Below the pieces are notes generated by a model. That model did not search any database and was not told the origin of the DNA. It saw nothing but the letters and a program-made list of their open reading frames with translations. From assembly GCF_006345805.1 (NCBI RefSeq), contig NC_043010.1, forward strand, positions 9,610,001 through 9,674,000: a DNA stretch of 64,000 nucleotides. The letters run 5' to 3'. This document shows, piece by piece, positions 51,570-64,000 of the stretch. Position 1 is the stretch's first letter. Every line of letters starts with the position of its first letter. Source of the DNA: Octopus sinensis (Eukaryota). The position numbers and the translations under genes were made by a program.

Positions 51570-51900
51570 TGCCGCCCCGACTGGTCCGTTGCCAGTGCCG
51601 CCCCGACTGGTCCGTTGCCAGTACCGCCTCGACTGGCCTCCGTGCCGGTGGCACGTAAAAAGCACCATCTGTCCGTGTCCGTTTGCCAGTCCTGTCTGGC
51701 ACTTGTGCGGGTGGCACGTAAAAAGCACCCACTACACTCACGGAGTGGTTGGCGTTAGGAAGGGCATCCAGCCATAGAAACACTGCCAGATCAGACTGGG
51801 CCTGGTGCAGCCTTCTGGCTTCCCGGACCCCAGTTGAACCGTCCAACCCATGCTAGCATGGAAAGCGGACGCTAAATGATGATGATGATGATGATGATGA
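51570..51900 (+). mobile_element. Non-LTR 3' end with (GAT)n tail and 5' short tandem duplication
   Basis: gccgccccgactggtccgttgccagt is duplicated; ends ggacgctaaatgatgatg. Confidence 0.75.
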
Positions 51901-51904
51901 AGGC

Positions 51905-52110
51905 AGGTTTACGAAAATAAACAAAAGACGAAGGCAGGTGGAGTACAAACTAACAATGTATTAGTATGGCGCTCAGGAATAGAAATAAAACAAGTCTTTT
52001 ACGTTTCGAGCCTACGCTCTTTGTCAGAAAGATACACAGAAAAGAAACAAGGAGAGAAACAAGGACAAAAAAAAAAGCGTGTAGGGGCTAACGATCCAAC
52101 ATGGATATAT
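51905..52110 (-). mobile_element. PLE terminal fragment with hammerhead (51995-52032), G8A core change
   Basis: TCTTT-CTGACAA-A-GAGC(gtag)GCTC-GAAACGTA|AAAGA; 5-bp helix I and palindromic ACGT helix III. Confidence 0.65.
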
Positions 52111-52358
52111 CATAATTCTCTTTAAACATATGCATACATCGCATGCATACACATACACATGTAGATCACACACACACATACACGCACACATGCTTGCTCA
52201 CTTTGACAGATTCACACACACACAAAATTAATTACATATATACACATATTCATACACACACACATGCACACACATGCACTCTTAGATAAATTCACTTAGA
52301 CACATACATTACACACACACACAAATACATGCATGCACGCACACTTAGGTTCACATAT

Positions 52359-52775
52359 AGGCGCAGGAGTGGCTGTGTGGTAAGTAGCTTGTTTACCAAC
52401 CACATGGTTCTGGGTTCAGTCCCACTGCGTGGCATCTTGGGCAAGTGTCTTCTACTATAGCCTCGGGCTGACCAATGCCTTGTGAGTGGATTTGGTAGAC
52501 GGAAACTGAGAGAAGCCTGTCGTATATATGTATATATATGTATGTATGTGTGTGTTTGTGTGTCTGTGTTTGTCCCCCTAGCATTGCTTGACAACCGATG
52601 CTGGTGTGTTTATGTCCCCGTTACTTAGCGGTTCGGCAAAAGAGACCGATAGAATAAGTACTGGGCTTACGAAAGAATAAGTCCCGGGTTCGAGTTGCTC
52701 GATTAAAGGTGATGCTCCAGCATGGCCGCAGTCAAATGACTGAAACAAGTAAAAGAGTAAAGAGTAAAAGAGAGT
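52359..52775 (+). mobile_element. Full-length family-A SINE
   Basis: Complete element. Confidence 0.9.
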
Positions 52776-53785
52776 ATACATGCAAAGTTAATTACATGTA
52801 TAGATATATTCATTTGTACACACATACATAAATACATGCACACTTAGACACATTCACATACACAGAAATCTAATCTGATATTCATTTGTACAAACACATA
52901 CACCTACACATACATACACACACAAATACACATGCGTTCCCCCTACACATCTAATCACATATATAAATATAGATATATTCGTTTGCACAAATACACGCTC
53001 ACACACACACACACATGCGTGCCCCCTACACATCTAATCACATATATAGACAAATTCATTTGCTCAGACACATGCCCATACACACACACAAATCTAATTG
53101 CATATATAGATAAATTTGTCTGCACAAACACACACCCATATACACACACACTTCCCTCCACAAACAAGCGTCTCCAAAAATACACCATCACACAATCTAT
53201 CCCCACCCCACAGTATATCGGAACTGCAGAAACACTACTATTAGTTTATATTTGCAAACATATTCACTCCACACACACACACACATACACACTCGACTCA
53301 ACAAATTTATTGTTGGTAGCACTCCAACTAAATTGGTGTCTGAATTTTCCTGACACTAAACAAACATTTCTTTAACCAGCCATTCAGTACATTGTCAGCT
53401 TACAGCTTTTTTTCTCTACATTTTTTTTTTTACCCCCTTTCCCTCTTGCAAAACTCCCAAGCCAAAGAATTAAAACCCTCTAAATAACTGTTACATACTT
53501 AAGAGCAACCAAATTTTAGTTGTTGTCCATCAAACCTTCGCCAGGTTAGTTGCTTGTGAGCTAAGTTTTTAAATGTCATTATTGTTTGGTCAAGGCAGTA
53601 ACGTGGAGAGACAAGAAAAACCAAAACAGGCTGAGTGCATTGTAATGCCAACCTGTGGTTTAAATGAGATACAGGTGTTTTTGTCATGTTTTTACTGCAA
53701 TGTGTTGTCACCAGGTCTACCTAGGAAAGTTACTCACAAAATTACTCATAACAATAAAATGTGTTGGCCAAGAGTAGATTTTCTG

Positions 53786-54236
53786 GATCTTTTCGGTTTG
53801 AACGGCAGTTTTTTCTAGCGGTGTCATATGAAATTGTCACCCAGAATTATGACCCTGGAATCGATCTATTGCATTTCAATCTGTTTTAGCGTTAGGGTTA
53901 GAGTTAGGGTTAGTTAGGGTTAGGGTTAGGGGTGGGGGGAAGGGTATCTTTTTTTTCTTCAGAAATGTAAATAAACCCAATCTGTTTCTTAAACGAGGGA
54001 CATATTCATACGGCGCAGAATGTTTTTTTTTTACCTCAATAGACGTCATTGATTGGTTGAAATTGCAGAAATTGAAGAAAAAACAACAACAAATATCTTA
54101 CAAACTATAGAATTTTCTCAATAAAACCAAGAGAAAAAGATATTTTATAAACACATTCTACCAGTATACAAAGTTTAAAAGTGTTTAGTTACGTGGAAAT
54201 TATTTTAAAAAACTGCCGGTCAAACGGAAAAGATCT
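53786..54236. mobile_element. Merlin-like MITE with internal TTAGGG repeats
   Basis: GG-start TIRs ggatctttcggtttgaacggcagtttttt / aaaaaactgccggtcaaacggaaaagatc; imperfect TSD gatttttct/gattttct; homolog at 61984. Confidence 0.8.
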
Positions 54237-54844
54237 GATTTTCTTCTCTTCAGCTTGATCTTGTTACTAAGAAAACAAGATTTAAGTATTGATGCTTGGA
54301 CTATTTATAATTTATAAAAGGAATTTTTTGCATAATGAGATAAGGCTGTATAGATATTAGAGCATAGTTCTGCTAGTTTATTTACAATTTACTCTGTTAA
54401 TCACATGAGCTTGCCCTTGAGGCACAAGACCTGTTTAATCTTAGGCAGGGAGAGACCAATTTATGAGACATCAGGGTATGCCCATACATCATGTGTCTCA
54501 TATGCTACAAGGGGAAAAATAGTGGAAGGAAAAGGAGGAGGAGGAAGGATAAAGGAACAGTGGAAGGAAAAGGGGAGAGGAAGAGGAAAGAAGGAAGAGG
54601 AGAGGGGGAGGAAGAGGGAGAGGAGAAAAAAGAAGAAGACTCCTTCCATCACACAGCTCTGCTTATGGCCCTCCAGCCTGACCATTCCCTCACCAATATA
54701 GTTAAATATTTTGATAAATGTAAAGAACCGCTTTTATTGTTGCCATCTCAAGATCACAGCAACATCAAAATAACCAAGGAAAGCCGGAAAGCACCATCAG
54801 GATGGCACTTCCTCCTCTTTTTCTTTCTTTCTCAACTTTTCGCT

Positions 54845-55372
54845 CTTCTTCTTCTTCTTCTTCTTCTTCTTCTTCTTCTTCTTCTTCTTCTTCTTCTTCT
54901 TCTTCTTCTTCTTTTACTTCTTCTTCTCTTCCTCCTTCTTCCTCTTCCTCCTCCTCCTCCTCCTCCTTCTCTCCTCCTCCTCCTCCTCCTCCTCCTCCTT
55001 CTTCTCTTCCTCCTCCTCCTCCTCCTCCTCCTCCTCCTTCATCTTCTTCTTCTCTCCTCCTCCTCCTCCTCCTTCATCTTCTTCTTCTCTTCCTCCTCTT
55101 CCTCCTCCTTCTTCATCTTCTTCTCTTCCTCCTCCTTCTCCTTCTTCATCTTCTTCTTCTTCTTCTTCTCTTCCTCCTCCTCCTCCTTCTCCTCCTCCTC
55201 CTCCTCTCTTCCTCCTTGTTATCATCGTTGTCGACGTTGTTGTCGTCATCGTTGTCATCATCACCATCATCATCGTTGTCATCGTCACTGTCTTCTTCAT
55301 CATCATCATCATCATCATTATCATAGTTGTTGTCACCATCACCACCCTCCTTATCGTTGCTTGTTGTCATCG

Positions 55373-55407
<35 letters not shown>

Positions 55408-55410
55408 TTC
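54845..55410. repeat. (TCT/TCC)n then (CAT)n microsatellite
   Basis: Direct inspection. Confidence 0.95.
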
Positions 55411-55929
55411 ACCTTGAACACCATCAATTATCATTATCCTCATCATCATTCTCCCATCTCTCTCACCTTCTCTTTCTTCCTTTCTTTCGTTCGTTTGTTC
55501 ATTCCTTCTTTCTTTCTTTTCTTTTCTCTCTCTCTCTCTCTCTCCTTTTCGCTCTCCCCTTTTCTCTTTCTTCCTTTCTTATCAATCCCTTTCCATCCCC
55601 CACACCTATTCCATTAGGGTCTGCAATAATCCCAGTGCCATGTTCCTCACTCCACCTGCCGCCTTTCTTTGGTCATTCAATCATTGTCACTGAATTGGAT
55701 TGATGGCAATACCTGGTCATCTTCTCCTCCTCCTCCTCCATCTCCCTCTCTCTCTCTCTCTTCCTTTCCCTGTCTCAAGGCAACAGCTTCCGTTTCCCCT
55801 TTTCCTCCTTCCCTCACCCCTACGCCATTCCTGCCCTCCCTCACCCCTACCAACTCCTATTACTCTAGCTGCTATGTTTTTGTGACCAAGCAGAGACAAA
55901 CATGCACACACTAACACACGACCAGATAC

Positions 55930-55930
55930 A

Positions 55931-55989
<59 letters not shown>

Positions 55990-56015
55990 ACATCATCATC
56001 ATCATCATCATCATT

Positions 56016-56046
<31 letters not shown>

Positions 56047-56051
56047 ACTTT

Positions 56052-56106
<55 letters not shown>

Positions 56107-56500
56107 ACATCATCATCATCATCATCATCATCAACTTCATCATCATCAATTTCTTCATCACCACCACCACCACTACCATCATCATGGTCATGATCTTCAC
56201 ATCTAATCATTATCATTGTTATTGTCGTTATCACCATCACCATCATTATCATCATCATTAACCTCATCGCTACCACCACCACCACCACTATCATCATCAT
56301 TGTCATCATCATAATCATCATCATCATCACCATCATCATCATCACCATCACCACCATCATCATCATTATCATCATCATCATCATCATCATCAGCATCATC
56401 ATCATCACCATCATCATCATCACCACCACCACCATCATCATTGTCATCATCTTCACATCAATCTTTGTCGTCACCATCGTCGCCGTCTTCGTCATCACAT
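55930..56500. repeat. (CAT/CAC)n microsatellite
   Basis: Direct inspection. Confidence 0.95.
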
Positions 56501-57204
56501 CATTTCCCCCCCCACACATCCCTGTCTTTAGGACTAACAGACCCGCGCACACATATACACACACACATACACACACACACACACACACACATACATATAA
56601 TCAACCAAGCAAACCACTCTTGATAACATACACATACACATTCTATTCTACAAAGTCTTCTTGAAAAAAATTTTTCTAAAAGTGATTTAAAGTCTAAATT
56701 TAGATTTCTAGAAAAATCCATACCCAATCTCCTCCTCTTCTACTAAGTCTGTCTTACTTCACACATCTACGGCTCAGAGGCTGGGTGTTGAGCCAATACA
56801 TTTAATCATTTCAACTATTTCAAGTAACATCATTTTGATTGTCCAAATTCTTTGGTGAACTTCACTGCTTTCTTAAGCAGCTGCCGGAATTACTTGATAG
56901 GACGTTACAAAAGTTGCCAACACAAACAATCTTAACTAGCAGGATCTCCACCAGTCGCTAAATTAAATGATTGCATTAGATTTTGTTGTTATTTCTTTAC
57001 CTTCTCTTCTTTTCTTTTTTCCCCTCCCCGTCTTTAGGACTTACATATACGTGTACATAACATACGTAGATTTATATATGTACATATATATGCATACATA
57101 TATATTCATGCACATACACAGACACACACATGTAAATATGTATATATAATATATATATATATATCTTTCTTCTCTCCCTCTCACTCTCTCTCTTTTTGTA
57201 TATA

Positions 57205-57253
<49 letters not shown>

Positions 57254-57540
57254 CTAAATCTATTTGTATATAATCATACATATATACATAAACATGTCTG
57301 AGAGTGTATGTATACACCCACATATATTTAAGTATATATACTTAAACTGAAAGGCAGATAGATATATACATACATACATACATACATACATACATACATA
57401 CAGATAGACATACATACATATATACATACATACATAAATACATACATACATACATACATAAACACATAAATACATACATACATACACACATACATATAGA
57501 ATACATACATACATGCATGCATGCATGCATACATACTACA

Positions 57541-57572
<32 letters not shown>

Positions 57573-57835
57573 CATATACATATACATACATACATACATA
57601 CATACATATACATATACATGCATACATACATATATACATACATACATACATACATTCATACATAAATACAGAATACATACGTATTTGCATACATACATAG
57701 AAAATGTTTATATACTACAAGGGTCATAGATGAATGGACAAGCCATGGACAGATTGCAAAAGTAGTGGAAGAGGGGGTTATATAAACTGAATGGGAATGA
57801 GAAAACAGATAGATAAAACAACTGCACAAAAGGAG

Positions 57836-58355
57836 GATGAGGAGGAGGAGAAGAGGAAGAAGAGGAAGAAGAAGAAGAAACAGAAGAAGAAGAAGAAGAA
57901 GAAGAAGAAGAAGAAGAAGAAGAAGAAGAAGAAGAAAAGAAACAGAAGAAGAAGAAGAAGAAGAAGAAGAAGAAGAATAGAAGGAGAAAAGAGAAGAAGA
58001 AGAAGAAGAAGAAAATAGAAGAAAAGGGGAAGAAGAAGCGAAAAAAGAAGATGACGAGCAGAAGAAAAAAAAAGAAGAAAAAGAAGAAGAAGAAGAAGAA
58101 GAAGACGAAGAAGAAAAAGAAAAGAAGAAAAAGAAGAAAAAAAGAAGAAGAAAAAAAAGACGAAGAGAAGAAGAAGAAGGGAGAAGAAGAAGAAAAAGAA
58201 GAAGACGAAGCAAAGAAGAAAAAAAGAAGAAAAAAGAAGAAGAAGAAGAAGAAGAAGAAGACGAAGAAGAAAAAGAAGAAGAAGAAGAAGAAAAAGAAGA
58301 AGAAAAAGAAGAAGAAGAAGAGGAAGAAGAAGAAGAAAAAGAAGAAGAAGAAGAG
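57836..58355. repeat. (GAA)n-rich polypurine tract, ~520 bp
   Basis: Direct inspection. Confidence 0.95.
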
Positions 58356-58499
58356 CGAAAAGTTGATACATTTCAATAGGGTTGCACTAACCAGAGGCCT
58401 TATCAGAGAACCTCACACATCACAAATTACCCCTATCTTCTCCAAGGGCAAGTGCCCTGTCAGAAATGTTTCTGCAGCCTACAGGAACACACAAAGAGT

Positions 58500-58745
58500 A
58501 GGCCCATTTCTTTGCAGTGGAGGCACATGTCTTAGTGTTTAGGATGTTGGATTCATGATTGTAAGACGCGTTGGGCTCTAGAGTGAAACTCTTTATTTCA
58601 TGTTGCTCCAGTCCACCACTCACTAGGCAAAAGAGAGTTACCCTGCTATGGACTGGCGTCCCATCCAGGTGGACAATTTATAAGCCATAGAAACTGTGGA
58701 ACCAGCCCTTATGAGTCAGCATGACTCAGAAAGGTAACCTTTACT
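58500..58745 (+). mobile_element. Family-D SINE, older copy
   Basis: ggaggcacatgtcttagtg head; ggactggcgtcccatccagg motif. Confidence 0.75.
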
Positions 58746-58827
58746 TTTTTTTTTTTTAAATATTTCCTTCAGGCCATGATCAGCATTCTCACCACCAGCC
58801 ATCAGGAAAAATTGCTTGGGGGCAGGA

Positions 58828-59219
58828 TTAGTGGCTGTGTGGTAAGTAGCTTGCTTACCAACCTCATGGTTCCGGGTTCAGTCCCATTGCGTGGCATCTT
58901 GGGCAAGTGTCTTCTACTAGAGCCTTGGGCTGACCAAAGCCTTATGAGTGGATTTGGTAGATGGAAACTGAAAGAAACCCGTCGTATATATGTATGTTTG
59001 TGTGTATGTTTGTGTGTCTGTGTTTGTCCCCCTAGAATTGATTGACAACCGATGCTGGTGTGTTTATGTCCCTGTCACTTAGCGGTTCGGCAAAAGAGAC
59101 CGATAGAATAAGTACTGGGCTTACAAAGATTAAGTCCCGGGGTCGATTTGCTCGACTAAAGGTGGTGCTCCAGCATGGCCACAGTCAAATGACTGAAACA
59201 AGTAAAAGAGTAAAGAGAG
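58828..59219 (+). mobile_element. Family-A SINE
   Basis: Near-complete element. Confidence 0.9.
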
Positions 59220-59558
59220 TATATTATCTCCTTTTCTGTCTTTTATATTTTCAAATTTAACAAATCTAAATTTAAATGAATGAGGTGTTGCCTCGTTTTT
59301 AACTTTCATTTTGAATTTGAAATATTTTTGTTACTTATTTATATTTTGATTTATTCATTAGTTAAAAAAAAGAATAAATTTTGTTATCATCTTTGTTGTC
59401 ATCATCATCGTCATAGTGGTCATCATCATGATCATCATCACTGAGGTTGATGGCAAACTTGTAGTGGGAGTGTTTCAACTCTGTGTGAGTATGTGTGTGT
59501 GTATGTAAAAGGGACGTATGTGAATGTTTGTGTGTGCGTGTGTGTGTGAGTGAGTGTG

Positions 59559-59598
<40 letters not shown>

Positions 59599-59912
59599 CA
59601 ATGGAAGTGGGATGGTGAGCATTTAATGCTGAAAAGAAAAATCAAACAGCGTTTCGACTCTGTGTGAGTATGTGCGTGTGTGTGTGTGTGTGTGTGTGCA
59701 TGTACAAGGGAAGTATGTGAATGTTTGTATGTGTGAACCAGCGTTCTTTCAGTAACAAACAATGATCGATGTCACATCTCAAAAGACAACCCACTAGATA
59801 TCATTGACAAGCAAATTAATTTGATTTACCATCCACGTTTATATATAAAATACTACAATTAGCTGTCGTTTTCGATGGCATGGGGCCAGCTAGTAATAAT
59901 AATAATAATAAT

Positions 59913-60020
59913 GCTAAGTTTCTCACAACACACTGTAAACATTACCTGGCGATAGACATAGACAGACTTTACATCCCAAGAAAAGATAGAGAGTGTGGAC
60001 TGATGCCAGTGAAATTGTCT
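59913..60020 (+). mobile_element. R4/Dong-type LINE reverse-transcriptase C-terminal fragment
   Basis: KFLTTHCKHYLAIDIDRLYIPRKDRECGL resembles the DxDRLYxPRKxGGRGL motif of R4/Dong-type LINEs; it directly follows (AAT)n. Confidence 0.65.
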
Positions 60021-60224
60021 CTATATATGGTAACCACAAGGGAAGGCGCTGATCTAAAGAATGGATATGACTGGAAGCTTGAACTTGCCAAGAAGTACTT
60101 GACTTCTACTTTATTTTATCGATCCCACCCCATGACAATAAAAGGCAAAGTTGACCTTTTGGGGATTTGATCTCCCAATGTAAAGAATCAGAATCAATGC
60201 TTCAAAGCAATTTTATTTTACCAA

Positions 60225-60444
60225 TTTACTCTTTTGTCCTTTTATTTGTTTCAGTCATTTGACTGCGGCCATGCTGGAGCACCACCTTTAGTCAAGCAAA
60301 TCGACGCCGGGACTTATTCTTTGTAAGCCCAGTACTTATTCTATCGGTCACTTTTTGCTGAACCGCTAGATGACGGGGACATAAACACACCAGCATCGGT
60401 TGTCAAGCGATGGTGGGGGGACAAACACACACACACAAAAATAT

Positions 60445-60504
<60 letters not shown>

Positions 60505-60665
60505 GACAGGCTTCTTTCAGTTTCCGTCTACCAAATCCATTCACAAGACATTGGTTGGCCCAAGGCTATAGTAGAAGACACTTGCCCAAGATGCCATGCA
60601 GTGGGACTGAACCCTGAACCGTGTGGTTGGTAAGCAAGCTACTTACCACACAGCCACTCCTGCGC
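60225..60665 (-). mobile_element. Family-A SINE
   Basis: Complete reverse-complement element. Confidence 0.9.
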
Positions 60666-61022
60666 AATGTTTAATAAGGGTTTCAAATTTCGTTCCAAGA
60701 GCAGCTTATATATTTTATCGACCCTGAAAATCTACCTCAGCGGAATTTGAATTCAGAACGTAGTGATGGACGAAATATCGATAAGTGCAGCGCTTTAACG
60801 ATTCTTTTCTACTCTCGACACAAGGCCCGATACTTTGAGGGGAAGGGCCAATAGATTAGATCAATTCAGTACACAACTGGTACTTAATATATTGACCCCG
60901 AAAGGCAAAGTCGAACTCGACGAAATTTGAACTCAGAGCGTAGTGATGGGCGAAATACCGATAAGTACAGCGCTCTAACGATTCTGCCAGCTCGCAGCCT
61001 TACCAATGTTTAATAATAATAA

Positions 61023-61340
61023 TCTAAAAGAGGGGTTGTGTGTCTGTCTCCTATGATTTAGATTCCTAACTACTCCCACATTTTGCGGTGCAGTTTAACC
61101 AAAACCGGGTATCTTATAGTCGTGATTCATATCGAGCCCTTCTGGGTATTAGCGTGCGTCTACGATGAGGAAGTAACTCTCTAAAAATGTCTACGATGAG
61201 TCAACGATTTAAAAAAAAATTACCATAATTTTTTTTCCATTTTTAATGCATTTTTTGCTATTTTTTGGCTATAACTCTCTAAAAATGCTTATATAGTTAT
61301 TTCCCTTACAAACACGAGCAACGCCGGGCGATACTGCTAG
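61023..61340 (+). mobile_element. Non-autonomous Helitron with internal rearrangement
   Basis: A|TC start, cgagcaacgccggg hairpin, CTAG|T end. Confidence 0.88.
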
Positions 61341-61688
61341 TAATTAATAATAATAATAATTTTACAAAACTAACAGAAATAAACGACAAATATAGAAATA
61401 TAACAAAATAAATGAAAATTACAAATAATGAAGGAAAGGTGAGAAAATAGAGATACGTTCGTTGAATTAATTAGACAACATAAGAGAAGGATAAGGAGAT
61501 AATAATGTAAAATAGAAATAAGTAGTGCTGTTTTTATTCAGTAACGTTTTAAAACGGTTGTTAAGAAGCACGGTGTAAGGGAGGTAAATCATGACCCTTC
61601 ACGTCCGATGTAGAGATATATACGCACATGAATCCTTAGATGTAGGTGCGTGCGTGTGTACGTGTGTGTGTGCGTGCGTGCGTGTGGG

Positions 61689-61725
<37 letters not shown>

Positions 61726-61983
61726 GTGTGTGCGTGTGTGTGCGTGTGTGTGTGTGTTTGTATCCCTTTGTTTTGTTGTGTGTTAGTGTCATTCCTTTCC
61801 CGTGGACACTGGCCACGGGGAAATATTACCTTGCTGAGAAACAAGGGAAGGGTAACGACAGGAAAGGCATCCGACCATAGAAAATCTGGCTTAAGAAACT
61901 GCATCCAGTTCATGCAAGCGTGTAAAATAAATAAATGTTTTAAAAAATGATGCAAAAAAACAGACACCCAAGTAAGAAATTAC

Positions 61984-62400
61984 GGATCTTTTCCGTTTGA
62001 ACGGCAGTTTTTTCTAGCGGTGTCATATGAAATTGTCATTCATAATTATGACCCTAGTATCGATCTAGTGCATTTCAATCTGTTTTAGGGTTAGGGGTGG
62101 GGGGGAAGGCTATCTTTTTTTCTTCAGAAATGTAAATAAACCCAATCTGTTTCTTAAACGAGAGACATATTCATACGGCACAGAATTTTTTTTTTTACCT
62201 CAATAGATGTCATTGATTGGTTGAAATTGCGGAAATTGAAGAAAAAAAACAACAAATATCTTACAAACTATAGAATTTTCTCCAATAAAGCCAAGAGAAA
62301 AAGATGTTTTATAAACACATTCTACCAGTATACGAAGTTTAAAAGTGTTTAGTTACGTGGAAATTATTTTAAAAAACTGCTGGTCAAACAGAAAAGATCC
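61984..62400. mobile_element. Merlin-like MITE, perfect 8-bp TSD
   Basis: GAAATTAC at 61976-61983 and 62401-62408; GG...CC ~30-bp TIRs. Confidence 0.88.
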
Positions 62401-62550
62401 GAAATTACTGCCTTTCTTACTTTTATTAATGCCTTTGTTTTAATCTCTTTCATATCCTCTCACCTGTGTTTTAAAGTGGTTTCATTTAAATTTATCAAAA
62501 ACAGTTCACGTTATATCCTGTCTGGGGAAAGTCACTCCCTTTTAACATTG

Positions 62551-62720
62551 GTGGCGCAATAGCCCGGTTGTTAGAACAACGGACGCGCAGTAGGAGGATC
62601 GCGGTTTCGATTCCGAGGCCGGGGTTTTATGTATTTATTGAGCGAATTCACACCTAAAGATCCACGAGGCACCGGCAGGGGGGGGGGCGACCCTGTTGTA
62701 CTCTCTTACCCCAATGCTGC
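62551..62720 (+). mobile_element. Diverged family-C-like SINE 5' part
   Basis: ggtggcgcaatagcccgg...cgcggtttcgattcc...tttattgagcgaa...cacctaaagatccacgagg aligns to the 31242 head. Confidence 0.7.
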
Positions 62721-62954
62721 GATCGACTGGCGTCCACCAATATCAAGTTTCTTCTTTTCTTTCTTTTTATTTCACGTCCTTTTGCGTGTAGAGACAGAGT
62801 TATGTCCCTTGTTCAGATTTTGTTCGCGCTAGTTACCCACCCCGGGAACTTGGTCACTTTCTGTGGTCAAGATCTGAATAAAGGCATTCCAGCAATAATG
62901 TAGCTAAGACTGTTATATACACTTGGACATGAGAAAGTCACATTATGTATATAT

Positions 62955-63701
62955 ATATATACGACGGGCTTCTTTCAGTTTCCGTCTACCAAATCCACTC
63001 ACAAGGCATTGGTCGGCCCGGGGCTATAGCAGAAGACACTTGTCCAAGGTGCCACACAGTAGGGCTGAACTCGGAACCATGTGGTTGGTTAGCAAGCTAC
63101 TTACCACACAGCCACTCCTGCGCCTATTTTATTTATTTATTAATTTATATATAAAAGATATATATATATATATCTTTTATCTTTTACTTGTTTCACTTAT
63201 TAGACTGTAGCCATGCTGGAGCACCACCTTGAATCTTTAGTCGAATGAATCAACCCCAGTACTTATTCTTTAAACCTGAGACTTATTCTATTAATCCCTT
63301 TTGCCAAACCACTAGGTTACTGGGATGTAAACACACCCACACTGGTTGTCAAGTGCTGATGGAAGGACAAACACAGACACACACACATAGATATATATAC
63401 ATATATATGCATATATATACGATGGGCTTCTTTCAGTTTCCATCTACCAAATCCACCTCACAAAGCTTTGGTTGGCCTGAGGCTATAATAGAAGACACTT
63501 GCTCAAGGTGCCATGCTACGGAACTGAACCCAGAGTCACGTGTTTAGGAAACAAGCTTCTTACCACAAAGCCACTCCTGCACCTATGTGTGTATGTGTGT
63601 GTGTGTGTGTGTATGTCATTATTCAGTTTATTTCAAGATTTCTTGCCAATATCTATGTATATATGTATACATATACATACATATACATATATCTATACAT
63701 A

Positions 63702-63746
<45 letters not shown>

Positions 63747-64000
63747 TCTTTACTCTTTTTACTTGTTTCAGTCATTTGACTGCGGCCATGCTGGAGCACC
63801 GCCTTTAGTCGAGCAAATCGACCCCGGAACTTATTCTTTGTAAGCCCAGTACTTATTCTATCGGTCTCTTTTGCCAAACCGCTAAGTGACGGGGACGTAA
63901 ACACACCAGCATCGGTTGTCAAGCAATGCTAGGGGAACAAACACAGACACACAAACATATTCACACACACTTATATATATATATACATATATACGACAGG
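62955..64000 (-). mobile_element. Cluster of three family-A SINE copies or fragments (62955-63125, 63175-63583, 63744-64000)
   Basis: Reverse-complement heads and tails. Confidence 0.88.

Noticed and set aside
53885-53935. TTAGGG repeats as a telomere or fusion site
   Set aside because: They are short, imperfect and inside a TIR element that has a second copy in this window.
54491-58542. Poly-Lys/Glu, poly-Ser/Leu and poly-Ile/Asp ORFs
   Set aside because: Triplet microsatellite translations.

Overview
Repeat-dominated animal genomic DNA (AT-rich, microsatellite-dense, one 100-N gap). The SINE, LINE and Helitron families look like those of Octopus; that assignment is from recall, not a search. 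No intact long protein-coding ORF is present: almost all six-frame ORFs are microsatellite or SINE artefacts. Sequence-supported content: dozens of tRNA-headed SINEs from four families, several with target-site duplications (TSDs); mariner and maT (DD37D) transposase remnants; mariner, piggyBac-like and Merlin-like MITEs; one autonomous Helitron 3' remnant and three non-autonomous Helitrons; a solo LTR with a 4-bp TSD; R4/Dong-type LINE fragments; a diverged U6 snRNA retrocopy; and several higher-order tandem repeats. The most notable signal is at least 13 type-I hammerhead-ribozyme-like motifs at Penelope-like element (PLE) termini. Several of these sit in inverted head-to-head pairs that would fold into long hairpins, and two have unusually long stem-II loops. 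There is also an 88-nt pre-miRNA-like hairpin and a speculative minus-strand chain of small exons, one of which carries an in-frame TGA.
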